From contig NW_026262723.1 in assembly GCF_021869535.1 (NCBI RefSeq), forward strand, positions 68,386,001-68,450,000: a DNA stretch of 64,000 nt, written 5' to 3'. The notes below the pieces were generated by a model, which did no database searches, had not been told where the DNA came from, and saw nothing but the letters and a program-made list of their open reading frames with translations. Source of the stretch: Mytilus californianus (Eukaryota). The position numbers and the translations under genes were made by a program. Shown piece by piece: positions 12,725-25,223 of the stretch (its first letter is position 1; every line of letters begins with the position of its first letter).

Positions 12725-13913
12725 AATATTCGTACATTGTAGGAAAATACAAAATTATTTGTACGAGCTTTAGAAACAGTCGAGCTTTTCTCCTGTTTCG
12801 TAGCGAGTACAAATACATTTTATATGTTCCTACAATGTACGAATAGTTTTTTATCCTAGAATTTAATATCTACGCATAATCGTATACAAATACACCTCAA
12901 CTGTTGGATTTGTTTTTAATGAAATAAACATGACTTAAAAAGTAAAAAAAAATAAAATACTGAACTCCAAGGAAAATTCAAAACGGAAAGTCCCTTATCA
13001 AATGGCAAAAGCAAAAGCTCAAACACATCAAACGAATGGAAAACAACTGTCATATTCCTGATTTGGTACAGGCATTTCCTTATATAGAAAATGGTGGATT
13101 AAACCTGGTTTTTTAGCTAGCTAAACCTCTAACTTGTATGACAGTCGCATAAAATTCCATTATATTGACAACAATGTGTGAACAAAACAAACAGACATAA
13201 TACGAAAAAATGTCAAACATAGGGGTACAGCAGTCAATATTGTGTTATAATCTTAATCACTATAAAAAAAACAAATATGTCAACAAAGAAAAGCAAAATG
13301 ACATGTAGACAAAGCTCATAAGCAAAAATGAAAGACAAGATTACAAAAAATGACGCGGATAGCACAATAACACAATGGCGGGATGTATAAGTACCGAGCC
13401 ACGCTAAGAGGATATTACCGTAATTGGACTAAACAGTAAAGTAAATAATTTACAAAGACAAATAAAAGAACACTATAACACGTAATTAAGATGATAAATC
13501 AAAAAATTTAATAGAATTAATTTCAGAGAAAGATCGAGATTTAAAATTATCGAGAAGATATTTAGAGTTTTTTTAGAATCCACATATGGTTAATACCACT
13601 ACGCGAGTAAACAGTTTCACAGTATTTCTGAAGACCCTCTTTCACTGCGGACAGAATTTTTGTCAATCTGATGGACAATTCCTGTTGTACGGAATTTTGT
13701 GAAGCTTAGGTATCCAATACAAATAAGGTAACTAAAGATTGAAGCCATGAAGGACTTAAACGCGGACTGGATGAGGACCCCAAGTTCAACTGTGACGTTA
13801 ACATAACCGGTCGCTCACAACAGAAGCGGGATTCCAGAAAACTTTTTATAAACCGCTTCATGTTATCTGTCAACCTGTGTTTGTTTAGTAGAAAGGTTGA
13901 TTGCAAGATAAAA
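12725..13913. mobile_element. Palindromic MITE-like element, copy 1, interrupted by family B
   Basis: Inverted arms attcgtacattgtaggaa / ttcctacaatgtacgaat (12728-12844). Distal part 13780-13913 matches 16800-16958. Confidence 0.6.
12937..13500. mobile_element. Interspersed repeat family B, long copy
   Basis: Matches 2111-2310 and a fragment at about 61475-61510; inserted inside the palindromic element. Confidence 0.75.
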
Positions 13914-15974
13914 CACTTTATCTCATTTCAAATATTTTGGCCTCGATCAACACTGAAGAGACATTTATTGTCAAAATGCGCATCTGGTGAGTAAAATTGG
14001 TATCTTTTATATTATTTAGACTTTATTAAGGTCAACGTTCTTTGAGGATGTCGTTTATAATTAAATTAGCCTTTAATTCCTTGTGTTTCATACATACGTT
14101 TCCATATGCGATTATCATTTATACAAGATGTCTATTAATACTTTACTTTATTTAAAATATTTTACGCCAATATTGGTCAATGGCTTACAAACAAACGGAA
14201 AAAAAACATATAATCACACAATTATCATATTTATGTTCGATGTATATATTCAAATATATGTGCAAGGACTCAGTGCCCACGAGTCTTGGTGACTCTTTTT
14301 TAAAAAGGAGTCTTATTTGTTGGCATCCTGTTTTGTTTCTGGATTAAAGTTTTTTTTAATATGTGTATATAATCAATATTATCAGATAACTTTGATTAAA
14401 AAATATTTTCTTAATTGTTCGTTTCTTGCATAGTACGTTACACTGAGTACATAGTCTCGGTGAATTTTCCTGTTTCAACAAGTTTCTATTGCCAAACAAC
14501 GATCGTTAATTGGATATTTACAAATTATTCGTCTATGTCAATATAAATATTTAATATGAAAATACATATCCTAGTAAATCAGGTAAACTTACGTTTATCA
14601 AACAGCAGAACAGTATTAAACATTGAAATATAACGTGATGCATTTGTCTCCTATTTGAAAATAAAGACATGCTGCATAAAATTCAAAACATTTGATGTAA
14701 AATATTATCAAACCATAGTCGGACATCTCAAAATTGTCGATCCCAACTTTAATCCCTTGAATACAAACTATATGACAACATCTGAATAGTGTGACCATAT
14801 GTTGACTGTAAATAAACTTCCGAAGCAAGGTTATCAGGATCCAAACTGTCCCAAAGTCCTGCGTTTGATTTTTCGGTCCTTGCTTGGAAGTTGAATTGTA
14901 TCTATATGTACAGGAACATTTATATTTGTACATCCCGCAATATTAAATGGACCTCTTGAGAAGGATTCTAAAGCGATTGAAAAATCTGCAATACCGTTTG
15001 CAAAATTATTTTTTTTAGGACCATTTTTAGGACATGTTTTTTTTTCCAAAATCGGTTCTTTGTTCTAAAAGAAATTATTATATATAACTATTATTATATG
15101 ACCCCAAAGACTGACTCGGGTATAGAAATAATCAAACTTGTTCTCGTCCTGATTATGAATGAAATATTTGCCATTGAACGTGAAGCAGATTATCCTCTAT
15201 AATTCTTTATTTACATACCGAATATCACCTCAACATACAATGAGCTTACCTTGCAAGGACAGGAAAACTGCCGTTTTCACAATTTATCAAGTCGAATCGT
15301 CGTAAATTGTCAAATTCATGTTGATTTGAACAAAACCATATGATATGTACGTACTTGTTACATAGTTGTTTACTCAAATGCAAGTAAATTTTCACATTGA
15401 CATTTTCTAATAGTCCTTACTTATATTTGAGCAAAACTCATGAAAGAAGGTAAAAGTTTTCAACTTCTAGAATTTTCAACCAAGATTCATAATACTTCTC
15501 AGAAAGATTGTACATTTGTTAAAGTAGTGTGTACCTCCTGTTGGAATTGTTTGAAGAATTGTAAACAGTAGACATTGATTAGTCACAATTATTGCAACCC
15601 GTCGAATACCATCATGCAAAATGTAATAATACAGATTACAATTTTACGAGCTTTGGACTATTATTGCTCATAACCTTATCACCGCACTGCATAATGCTTG
15701 CAATATTTAACAAGATAATAAAATAAGCTTTCTTTTGATACATAGCATGTTAGTAATAACTATTTCATATAACTTCTGTAATATGTTTTAGAATAGTTGA
15801 GCACATTATTTCGAAGTAACACCAGTATCTTGCGACGTCCGAATCTTTTTTTAATTTCACAAATGTATATATGTAAGGTTCCGCTGAAGAAGACTGACAT
15901 ACCAGGTAAAAAGATCCCGACTCCCTTAGATTGGTTTTGTTATTTACCTTAATTGGAAAGATTTTGATTATATA

Positions 15975-16553
15975 TGTATTTTCTATAAATTGTTTGAAAT
16001 TTCACAGTGATATCATACTTTAACTTTGTTCAAACCTGTTTATTTACTTTTGAATTTATCCCTTGTAATTTTTTATTAACTGTGTATTTGCATTCAGGTA
16101 TCACAGGTCAAATTTATTCGTTCATTGTGTGTTAATTTACGTGTTTTGATTGAGTTAAGCCTTCCAATTGATATTTTATAGTGTGTTTTCTATGTTGTGA
16201 TGTTATACTATTGTTTCAGAAAAGGGAGAAGGTTTGGTACCGATTATAACGTTTAATCCTGCTGCAAATGTTTGCACCTTTCCTAAGTCAGGAATCTGAT
16301 TACAGTAGTTGTCGTCTGTTTATGTAGTTCATATGTGTTTCTCGTTTCTCGTTTTTATATAGATTAGACCGTTGGTTTTTCCGTTTGAATGGTTTTACAC
16401 TAGTAATTTTTTGGGACCCTTTATAGCTTGCTGTTCGGTGTGAGCCAATGCTCCGTGTTGAAGGCCGTACCTATAATGGTTTACTTTTATAAATTGTAAC
16501 TTGGATGGAGAGTTGTCTCATTGGCACTCATACCACATCTTCCTATATCTATA
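15975..16553. mobile_element. Family A subfamily copy, ~580 bp
   Basis: Reverse complement of 50637-51225, about 95% identical by eye. Confidence 0.85.
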
Positions 16554-16563
16554 TACAATATAT

Positions 16564-16958
16564 AATATTCGTAAAGCGTAGGAAAATATAAAATTTATTT
16601 GACGAGCATTAGAAACAGAGAAAAAAGCGAGTCTCGCGGAGCTTTTCTCCTGTTTTGTAGCGAGTATAAATAAATTTCATATTTTCCTACATTGTACGAA
16701 ATTCAATATTGTTTTTATCCTGCAATTTAACATTGAGCTTAAACTTATAGTGTTTCCCATCCAAATCGTTTTTGAATATCGACATGACTTAAATGCAAAC
16801 CGAAGTTAAACTGTTACTTACACAGTAACTTGAACATAACCGTTCGCGCGCAACAGAAGCAGGCTACCAGGAGACTATAAACGTCTAGTAAACATTTATC
16901 GGTTCATGTTATTTGTCACTCTGTATTTGTATTAAAGAAAGGTCGATTGCAGGATAAA
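16564..16958. mobile_element. Palindromic MITE-like element, copy 2
   Basis: Same organisation as 12725-13913 without the insertion; internal inverted pair ttatcctgcaat / attgcaggataa. Confidence 0.6.
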
Positions 16959-18041
16959 TAAATATTTTAAGATCCATTTATTACATCGGTGATCCGTTTA
17001 TTTGGCAATCGCCAATGGCAGTCAGCAGGGTTTAAGAACATTTGTTGTTCGACCTGTTAGTCAAATGCGTTTTGTTAAAATATACTTTTTCACTTTTTTG
17101 GTCTTTTGGAAAATATTGCTTGTGCTGTATTTAGACCCCTCTAACAAGAAATTTGTTTTGCATGCACACGTATAAAAATTGCGGTTTTTATCCAATGCAA
17201 TCATATGTTTGAACGTTGTTTTCAATTTAGACTTGTAAATATACATTTATATATATAAATATATATTAATAATAAATTTATTTATTTTAAAAAGTGTCAC
17301 ATATCGATTGTCATAAAACATTTACAAAATTTGTTATATTTACATATAAAGCCATAAAAATCTGACTTAGGAGACACTTACAGTATTAAACTTTATACAA
17401 GTATTATCAAAGTTAAAACAATTAAACCTTGCTCATTAAAAGTGTTCCTTATATCTGTAAACTTGTAAAGAAAATTCTAAACATATAAAAGTTTCTTCAT
17501 TATGGTTTAAATAGACGTTTAAAAAGCTTATTAATTTTATCGTCTGAAATTAAATAACTCTACTGATAAAAATATTTTCGTTTAAGAACAGTTATAATAC
17601 TAAATAAAATAGTTATAAAATTCAAATCTTTAGTATTAGGTAATAAAGAAATGAATGAATGAACGAAGGTATTAATTCTTCTTTTGATCAATTATCTCCT
17701 TAATGAATTTTATCATGTTTAATCAGTTACTGTACATCTAATTAATATATGAAAAGACATAAGGTGTTGTCTTAAGAGCACGCGCGCTCGCACAAACAGC
17801 TGTTACAATGTATAAATATTTAACAAACATATGTTATAAATTTTAATCAGTTAATCCTAGCTAGCTATATAATAGCTCGTGTTGAGTTTGAGTCTACTTA
17901 CTTGTCTTACCACAACGAACTCAACGAGATCTCAAACGGTTTTATTTACACAAACATTGCTATTGTATATTTCATACAAACCCTGATCAATATTAACTGT
18001 TATCTTTAGAGTGAAAGGATTTCTTTACTTTACGTTGGAAA

Positions 18042-20057
18042 ATGAGGGATAACGATATGTTACTACAGGAAAATTTGAATACAGTTGTTTCAGATGTAAA
18101 AGCATTGTCTATATTGTCGAAGATTGTAAGTTTTATTTATTTATTTATTCATTTGTCGTTATTGTAAATATAAAAATAAGAAGATGTGGTATGATTGCCA
18201 ATGAGGAAACTCTCCACAGGAGACCAAATGACATGGAAATTAACAACATGTAAGACTATATTTTTTTTATCATAATTATGATTTTTTCAAAATTATTTCT
18301 TTTAATTTTTTTCTATTCATTAGTTCGTTTATTTATTTGTGTTTTTTATGTATTTGTCTATTTATTTACTTTTTTTTATCTTTTTTTATGTATTTTTCTA
18401 TTTATTTACTTTTTTTTTCTTTTTTATGTATTTTTCTATTTATTTACTTTTTTTATCTTTTTTATGTATTTTTCTATTTATTTACTTTATTTATCTTTTT
18501 TATGTATTTGTCTATTTATTTACTTATTTATCTTTTTTATGTATTTTTCTATTTTTCTATTTATTTATCTTTAATCTAAGACTATAATTTTTATCTTTTT
18601 TATTTTATAAACTATATCTTTCAATGTATGTACCAGCATCCCCATATTTTTATACTTCAGTGTTTCATGATAACATCGTAAAATTGATTTTTTTTTTCAT
18701 TTATGCTACATGTACATATAATGTAAAAATTAGGAGATTTGGTATAAGTGCCTTAGAACCAACTACACAACAGAGACTAAACAACATGGATGTAAACAAT
18801 TATACTAGGTCACCGTACGGCCGTCAACAATAAACAAAACCCCTACTGTATACATGTAGTAAGCTATAAAAGGATCATATATTCCAAAATGTGAAACATT
18901 TCAATAGGGAAAACCTATGGCCTAATTTATACTTAAATGATAAATAAAAATCCAGATATGACAGACAACAAACCAATAGCATGTTTTATATATTATATTA
19001 TACATTTAACGCACCCTTATGAAATTTCATATTCTTTGCATTGGTAAAAGACAATTATATTTAAAGCAATTTTTTTTTTAAAGATAAACGATTTTCAGGT
19101 TTAATGATTTTGCACAAGATATTTAAAAATATATTTGAACTTAATTTTAGCAAATTATTTTTAACTAACAAACTAATGAATTTTTCTTCGTTCGATATAT
19201 AGTTACAAGGAAAAGATGGAGGAGCATCAACCAAGAAGGATGACGCTACTATGGAATCAGTTCTTAGAAAATTGTCGGCTGCTTTGTTGTTATCCCAGAA
19301 AAACAATCTGGACACACCAAGTCCTTCCACCACGAAACAAACTGAAACATTTGACATTCGGAACAATATTAATTCATCAGAATGCTTCAGTACCGAAGGA
19401 AACGACATCGACACAACTTCACTAATGTCTACCGACTCAGAACCATGTGACAGCGACGACCAAGCAAAACCTGAGATAGACTACGAAGAGGAACTTCTCT
19501 CCCGGAAAAAATATTATTATCAGTACGAAATCTCAGAAGCAGCAACGCCGAAAGCAAAGAAAAACTCCGTTCCAGCTTCGACATCTACACCTCTGGCTTC
19601 ATCTACTTTGATAAAAGATTGTTCAACATCCACACTACGGAACACCAGAAGAATCGAACACCGATCTACTCCGCTTGCTTCATCTACAATGATGGAAGAT
19701 CTGATAGATGACGTACAACAGCAGCACCATGACACATGCGCAGCTAGTCCCGGAAGTGTCGTGACATGGTCTATCGATAACAGCACCAACACAGCATCAC
19801 TCAAAGATTTCTACAACATATATTTTGGCATCGACTCAGAAGTGACGTCAACGGACTTCCGCAACAGAAATGGACATTTGCCTCGATCCAGTACATGTAT
19901 TAACCTCTGCAAGATGACCGACAATCAATCGCGAATTAATAATTGTCAAAAGAAAAACTCAAAATGTAGACAACCAGTATCGAAACTGTTAATCTTCATC
20001 AGGGGAATCAAAAGAAACCTTTCAAGAAGACCTTTTTCAACAGACAGCAAACGATAA
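18042..20057 (+). CDS. Uncharacterised 312-aa Ser/Thr-rich protein, 2 exons: join(18042..18125,19203..20057)
   Basis: Exon 1: ATG 18042 with an upstream in-frame TGA at 18012, donor ATT|gtaagt. Exon 2: acceptor atatag|TTA, phase 0, open for 284 codons to TAA. AATAAA at about 20056 and 20164. TATATAA at 17866. Confidence 0.75.
18261..18600 (+). repeat. T-rich degenerate minisatellite (~38-40 bp period) in the intron of the 312-aa gene
   Basis: Recurring atgtatttttctatttatttactttttt; flanked by direct repeat taagactata (18251 and 18577). Confidence 0.85.
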
Positions 20058-21639
20058 ATAAAAGACAGATTTCTAAAAATAATATAGATACAACTTTTAA
20101 GTCTATGAAATAGTGCTATGATGTTAATATGTTTAATTTTATTGATTGATATAATTAAGATTAAATAAACTTGTTAATAATTAAGTAATATTAGTGGCTT
20201 TGTTTCAATAATAAGTTTAGGTGGATTTGTTTTAGTTATAAGGTGTCCTTTCAAGTACAATTTGTATTTGACTTATCTCCCATTGCGTTTGTTTGATATA
20301 ACAAGTTTTACATTTTATCACACTCAAAATTTTACTGTCAGCTATCAAGATTTACTGTGTAGTTGAATATATAATTAAATCAACCATTTGCACAAAACTA
20401 CAAAAAAAATTTCCAAAATAAAGTGTTCAGAGAACACTCGATCACAAGAAAACAACTCTTGTTTAACTATACATTGCGAAGCGAGTAAAACATGAAACTC
20501 TAATTCTTAGTCGATTAGAATTTTCCCCGGACGGTTTTTAATTGGTCGCAATTGATCTATTACCTCAAATTTGTTTGCCGTTCACCAAGAATGCTATTTC
20601 TACAACGCTTGATAATGTCACACAGAATAAAAACCACCATATTTAGCTATCGTATAGACGTTTCAGGAGAAAACAAACGGAAAACATGTGGAAACTTAAA
20701 TGTTAACTAGTTAATTTAGGTTATACGTCAACGAGACAAAACTAGTTAAAAGGACACCTAGAAGGCAACATACATTCTTCAATAATAGACATTTTCGAAA
20801 ACTGTTTAAAACTTTTATGTTTACATTGATGATGACATTTACAGATTATTATATAGGGGTCATCTCAAAGTGGACAATGTTGATGAATTGAAAAGCGAAT
20901 ACCGCATTCATAAGATTTATTTCAAATCAAATCAACAAAATAAGTCGCGACGCCTGCATACAAAAGCAGCACACATATTCATAATTTGATAGAACTTCCT
21001 GGTGGAATGTTTGCAAACTCTATCCATAACTCTATAATTCTTCATTTTTTTTCTCAACAGTAACTCTGTATTCTTTGATGAAATTATTAGTTTTCGACAC
21101 CTCTCTTTAAATTTTCCGGTTTTCACAGTATTAGTTGTTGTTTATAGGATTCCGCAAGAGGATATCTATTAGGAAATATTTTATCATAAACAATCCTTTC
21201 AAGAGAGTCAAGCTCAGTATTTTTACCAGTTGACCATATCATCGCAATGTCCTGAAAATTAAAGCTCTTTGGGATCAGCTAGTGATCTGTAAATTTCCGT
21301 TGAGTTTTAGTCAATAGCATCCACTGCCATTAGCAGTTTTTTTTCACACTGATGCTCTTAATTCATTTAGAGATGGTCACTGTACCAGATTATGAAAATG
21401 TTGGTAAAAACTAGGATATTCGCTTATTAATTTCATTCCGCTTACGTCAAAAATTACATTTATCATAAGAAATCACCGGTCGAAATGTACATCATTCTGG
21501 TGCAGTAGAATTGACACCTTAATGTTATTGTAGCGTGATTTATCAGGTTAGTTTATTTTATTACAAATCGTAGTTTTTTTCCCCCAAGGCAAGTCACAGC
21601 TGGTTTCTATGGCAAGGATTTTGCTCATTATTAAAGGCC

Positions 21640-22008
21640 TTATGAAAGTAAACGATATGATCTGAGCCAAAGTATGAACAACATTATTTCTAGGATAAGT
21701 TTGTGTGGCCTATCAGTGATACGCACGAACGTATCATTTCCAATTATTTTCAATATGTCTAAAAAGGTTTTGGCTGTTTCTCCAGTTGTTTGATGAATGG
21801 ATTATCTATGACTTGAAAACATTTGAGAACATAGTTCTACAGCATCGTCTACAATTCTATATCTAATTTCAAGTAATGGTTCAGGGAGATAATCCCTTGT
21901 TGGAACTGTTATCCGGGGATGAAAAAATATTACGACAAAGACGTCCGGCATTGTAACAAGAGGGCGGGTACCTGTAACTATCTGACGAGCAAAGCCCAAA
22001 CCTAGTGC
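21640..22008 (-). pseudogene. Decayed reading frame of unknown origin (further frameshifted pieces down to 20932)
   Basis: About 122 codons with one internal TAA (21804-21802): ..TRPLVTMPDVFVVIFFHPR..LCSQMFSSHR*SIHQTTGETAKTFLDILK.. Confidence 0.35.
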
Positions 22009-22483
22009 TCAAACGACAAAAAAGCTGATCCAGAATAGCACATCATTGATGCAGCTTGTTTAAAGAAAACTGTTGATATATGAGAAATTCATGGCTAAGA
22101 AAATTTCTAAAATATTAAAGGCTTGAGAGTCAGCTTTCATCAGAATTAGACGATTAAAACAGATTATGACTTATAGTGCAATTAATTTCCGTGTTTTCCC
22201 AGTTAAATAAAACTCGAAAATTTCACATGTGAAATAAATTTCTTATTTCACTCCTCTTACGTCATATGTTACAATAGGTATTGCAATAATAAATTGTGAA
22301 TGTGTAGAAAAAGATATTGATCCTTTAACTTTTTTCTTTAATTCGAATAAAAAAAAACGTTTTCAATGCAATAAAAAGAATAAGACATCAAAGAATTCAA
22401 ATATCGAAAAAATATTCAACTTGTGACCGAACAACACTGACTATTAACTCACGCGCCTTCTTAAATTTATGAGTTGCTTTGTT

Positions 22484-22810
22484 ACTACAGACCTTCTAAA
22501 ATTCAAACTGACCATTATTCCGTGCGTTCATCGTGTATCGTGCGTGTTGCGTGCGTGTATCGTGCGTGTATCGTGCGTGTACCAATCGTGCGCTCATCAT
22601 TCATCGTTCCGTGTATTTTCCGTGTAACGTGCGTGCATCGTGTATTCTTAATCGTGTATGGTGCGTGTATCGTGCGTGTATCGTGCGTTCATCAATCATT
22701 CATTCTTAACCGTGTATCGTGCGTTCGTCAATCGTGTATGTAACTGTGTACATCAGATAACGTGCATTTGTCAAACGTTCATCTCTAATCGGGTAACGTT
22801 CATTCATTGC
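22484..22810. mobile_element. Left end of TIR element: 31-bp terminus plus (tatcgtgcgtg)n subterminal repeats
   Basis: 22484-22514 is the exact reverse complement of 30361-30391. Confidence 0.75.
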
Positions 22811-23204
22811 GGTCTTTATATGATAGTCGGTTATAGAGCTCATCAAAGCTTATATTTTATCTCACGGTTAAAGTGTATATATATGTTCCGACTTTAAATA
22901 AAATTTACATTCATACTTACTTTCTTGTGAACACTTAATTAACTTCATCGTACACAACGTTCATACAGATTCATGAATTTTTGTGTAACATTTATTTATC
23001 ATCTGTAAACATTTCGTGGTTATTCAGTGAATCTTGGCTGGGACTGACACATATTAATATAATGATACATGTTCTACGTACAAACAATAACATGATGACA
23101 TTTCTACGACAGAACAGTTAAAATTGGAATTTCTATTCAACTGAGCGAAATGGGCTTAAAAATATACTGTTGGCCAACTGTTATTTGTTAAAAAATATTC
23201 CGCC

Positions 23205-23744
23205 AATTGAAAACAACAGTGCTTTTGCAAAATTTAGATGTGGGGTAGCTCCACTAAAAATAGAAACTGGAAAGTATGAAAGAAAAGAAGTCCACGAGAT
23301 GACATGTGTTGTACTATTGAAGATGAACTTCATGTCATTTTAAAATGCCCATTATATGTAGATTTAAGACAAATCATGATACATTAAGCTAAACATTTTA
23401 ATGAACATTTTAACCTTTAATTATCAGATAGCGAAAAATTTATATTTTTATTTAATAACGGCAATGTTGCTGCTATAGTTGCCAAAAACATCAACAATAT
23501 TTCATTGAAAAGAAACGGCATTTTATTTCCTAGTTCTCAAAGAAAAAATGTTTTATTTTCATATAGTACAGGTGGACACTGTAAATTTTAAATGTAAATG
23601 AGTAAATATATTGTGTCTTAAAAGTCTCTCATTATTCTTTTTAAGATTGGTACATACAATGCAAATGTTTTAATGTTTTATGTTTATTTCTGTGATTCTC
23701 ATTTTATGTTTGTATGTGGTGAGACTATGATAAAATATTGAATC
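23205..23744 (+). mobile_element. 5'-truncated, degraded non-LTR retrotransposon 3' end
   Basis: SAFAKFRCGVAPLKIETGKY...EDELHVILKCPLY; same family as 41105-42117; ends aaatattgaatc. Confidence 0.85.
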
Positions 23745-25067
23745 AGTATTAACATGATTAATGTTCAACTTGAGTCATTTCTCCAATGTTGAACAATGCA
23801 AGATTATAATTCTTCGCTTATTTGGCAAATTCATATTCTACTAAATATTCAAACATTTAAGTTTTGATAAATACCATTACAAATGTAATTTTTGTCTTCG
23901 TTTCTGATGGTCACGTGCAGGTAAGGTTATTCCATTGAGAAAATACAATATACAAGATTGTCGGGTAAATGTGGATTGCGGATTAAGATTTTAGATGTCA
24001 AACTTGAATTAACAAATTAAACTGAGGCGAATTTAACACGAATATGTATTTTCTCTTCAACAGTGTTTTTATTCTCTGTTCTTTATTTTCATTTAAAATA
24101 AGCTAAATATGTTTTGTGGAAAATTGAATACAAATAAACATTTGTATTTGAAGGCATTTTTTAAATAAACAAGTACAAGATCACGCAAATATATCTCGTA
24201 TTCCTTAAGAAGGATTTTAAATTGAGGAACTTTTTAAACTTGAAATTGTGTTTACGAGTTTAAGATATTCTTTTTTATTTAAATTTTTTGATAAAATAGT
24301 TAAATATATTGTATTATCATAACAAGTCTTTATTTAAATGGAATAAACATGGAACAATTTCACAGATTCACTTTTCATTGTGTTCATGGTTGCATATCAA
24401 GGACACCGTTTTTAATGTATGTCTAAAAGATTAATATCCGAAAAAATAATTCACAATAGTACTTTGTATTAAAGAATGACGGATTATTTTACCATGGGGG
24501 TATTTTTTGTTCCGTTACTGAGGACATTTTTTTTGTCCTTTATGAATCCATATGACAAATTTGACTCCAATAAGGATAAATTTTATCTTATAGAAAAATC
24601 GGTAGTTTTTATCCGATAGATTTTGTGTTCATCTTTATCGGATATAAAAGATTGAACAATACAAACAATTAATTGAAGTTTCGTATGCATCTATCACGAT
24701 CCAGCAACTTTTGACTAGTATAAAGGGTTGCCTTGGTTTAATAGCTCAAAACGGTATCATTTGTTTTGCTTTACATTGGGTTAAATAATGAAATGTATGT
24801 TTCAGAAATTTACAAAAGTTTGATTTCGGCTTTGACTCCCGGGGACACTGTCGTTTACAGTAAAAGACGAAAATCTACACATGTACGTTCTTATAAAAAA
24901 GAAGTTGTGGTATGATAGCCAATGTTCATCATTATATCATAATTATTGTACTCCCCCTAATAATGAATCTATAATATATGCCACTGGACGTTAAACGATC
25001 AACTATTAAGTCATCCATCTTATCCTTTTAGTTTTGTGATAATTTGCATATCAAATACATGAAACAA

Positions 25068-25223
25068 CAGGGGCGGATCCAGCCATTTTAAAAAGGGGGG
25101 TTCCCAACCCAGGGCAAAAGGGGGGGGGGGGGGTTCCAACTATATGTCCCCATTCAAATGCATTGATCGTCCAAAAAAAGGGGGGTTCCAACCCCCTGAA
25201 CCCTCCCCCTGGATCCGTCACTG
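25068..25223. mobile_element. 156-bp GC-rich MITE
   Basis: TIR caggggcggatccag / ctggatccgtcactg, flanked by aacaa on both sides; partial inverted copy at 29752-29858. Confidence 0.8.

Noticed and set aside
18278-18587. Three overlapping F/L/Y-rich ORFs
   Set aside because: Artefacts of a T-rich minisatellite inside an intron.
19520-19804. 94-aa minus-strand ORF
   Set aside because: Antisense shadow of the 312-aa gene.
18042-20300. Orphan protein as a Bearded/E(spl)m4 family member (basic amphipathic helix, NNIN, upstream CAGCTG and CACGCG)
   Set aside because: No GTFFWT-like or DRW.QA-like motif, and no K, Brd or GY box in the short 3' UTR. Left unassigned pending a Pfam scan.
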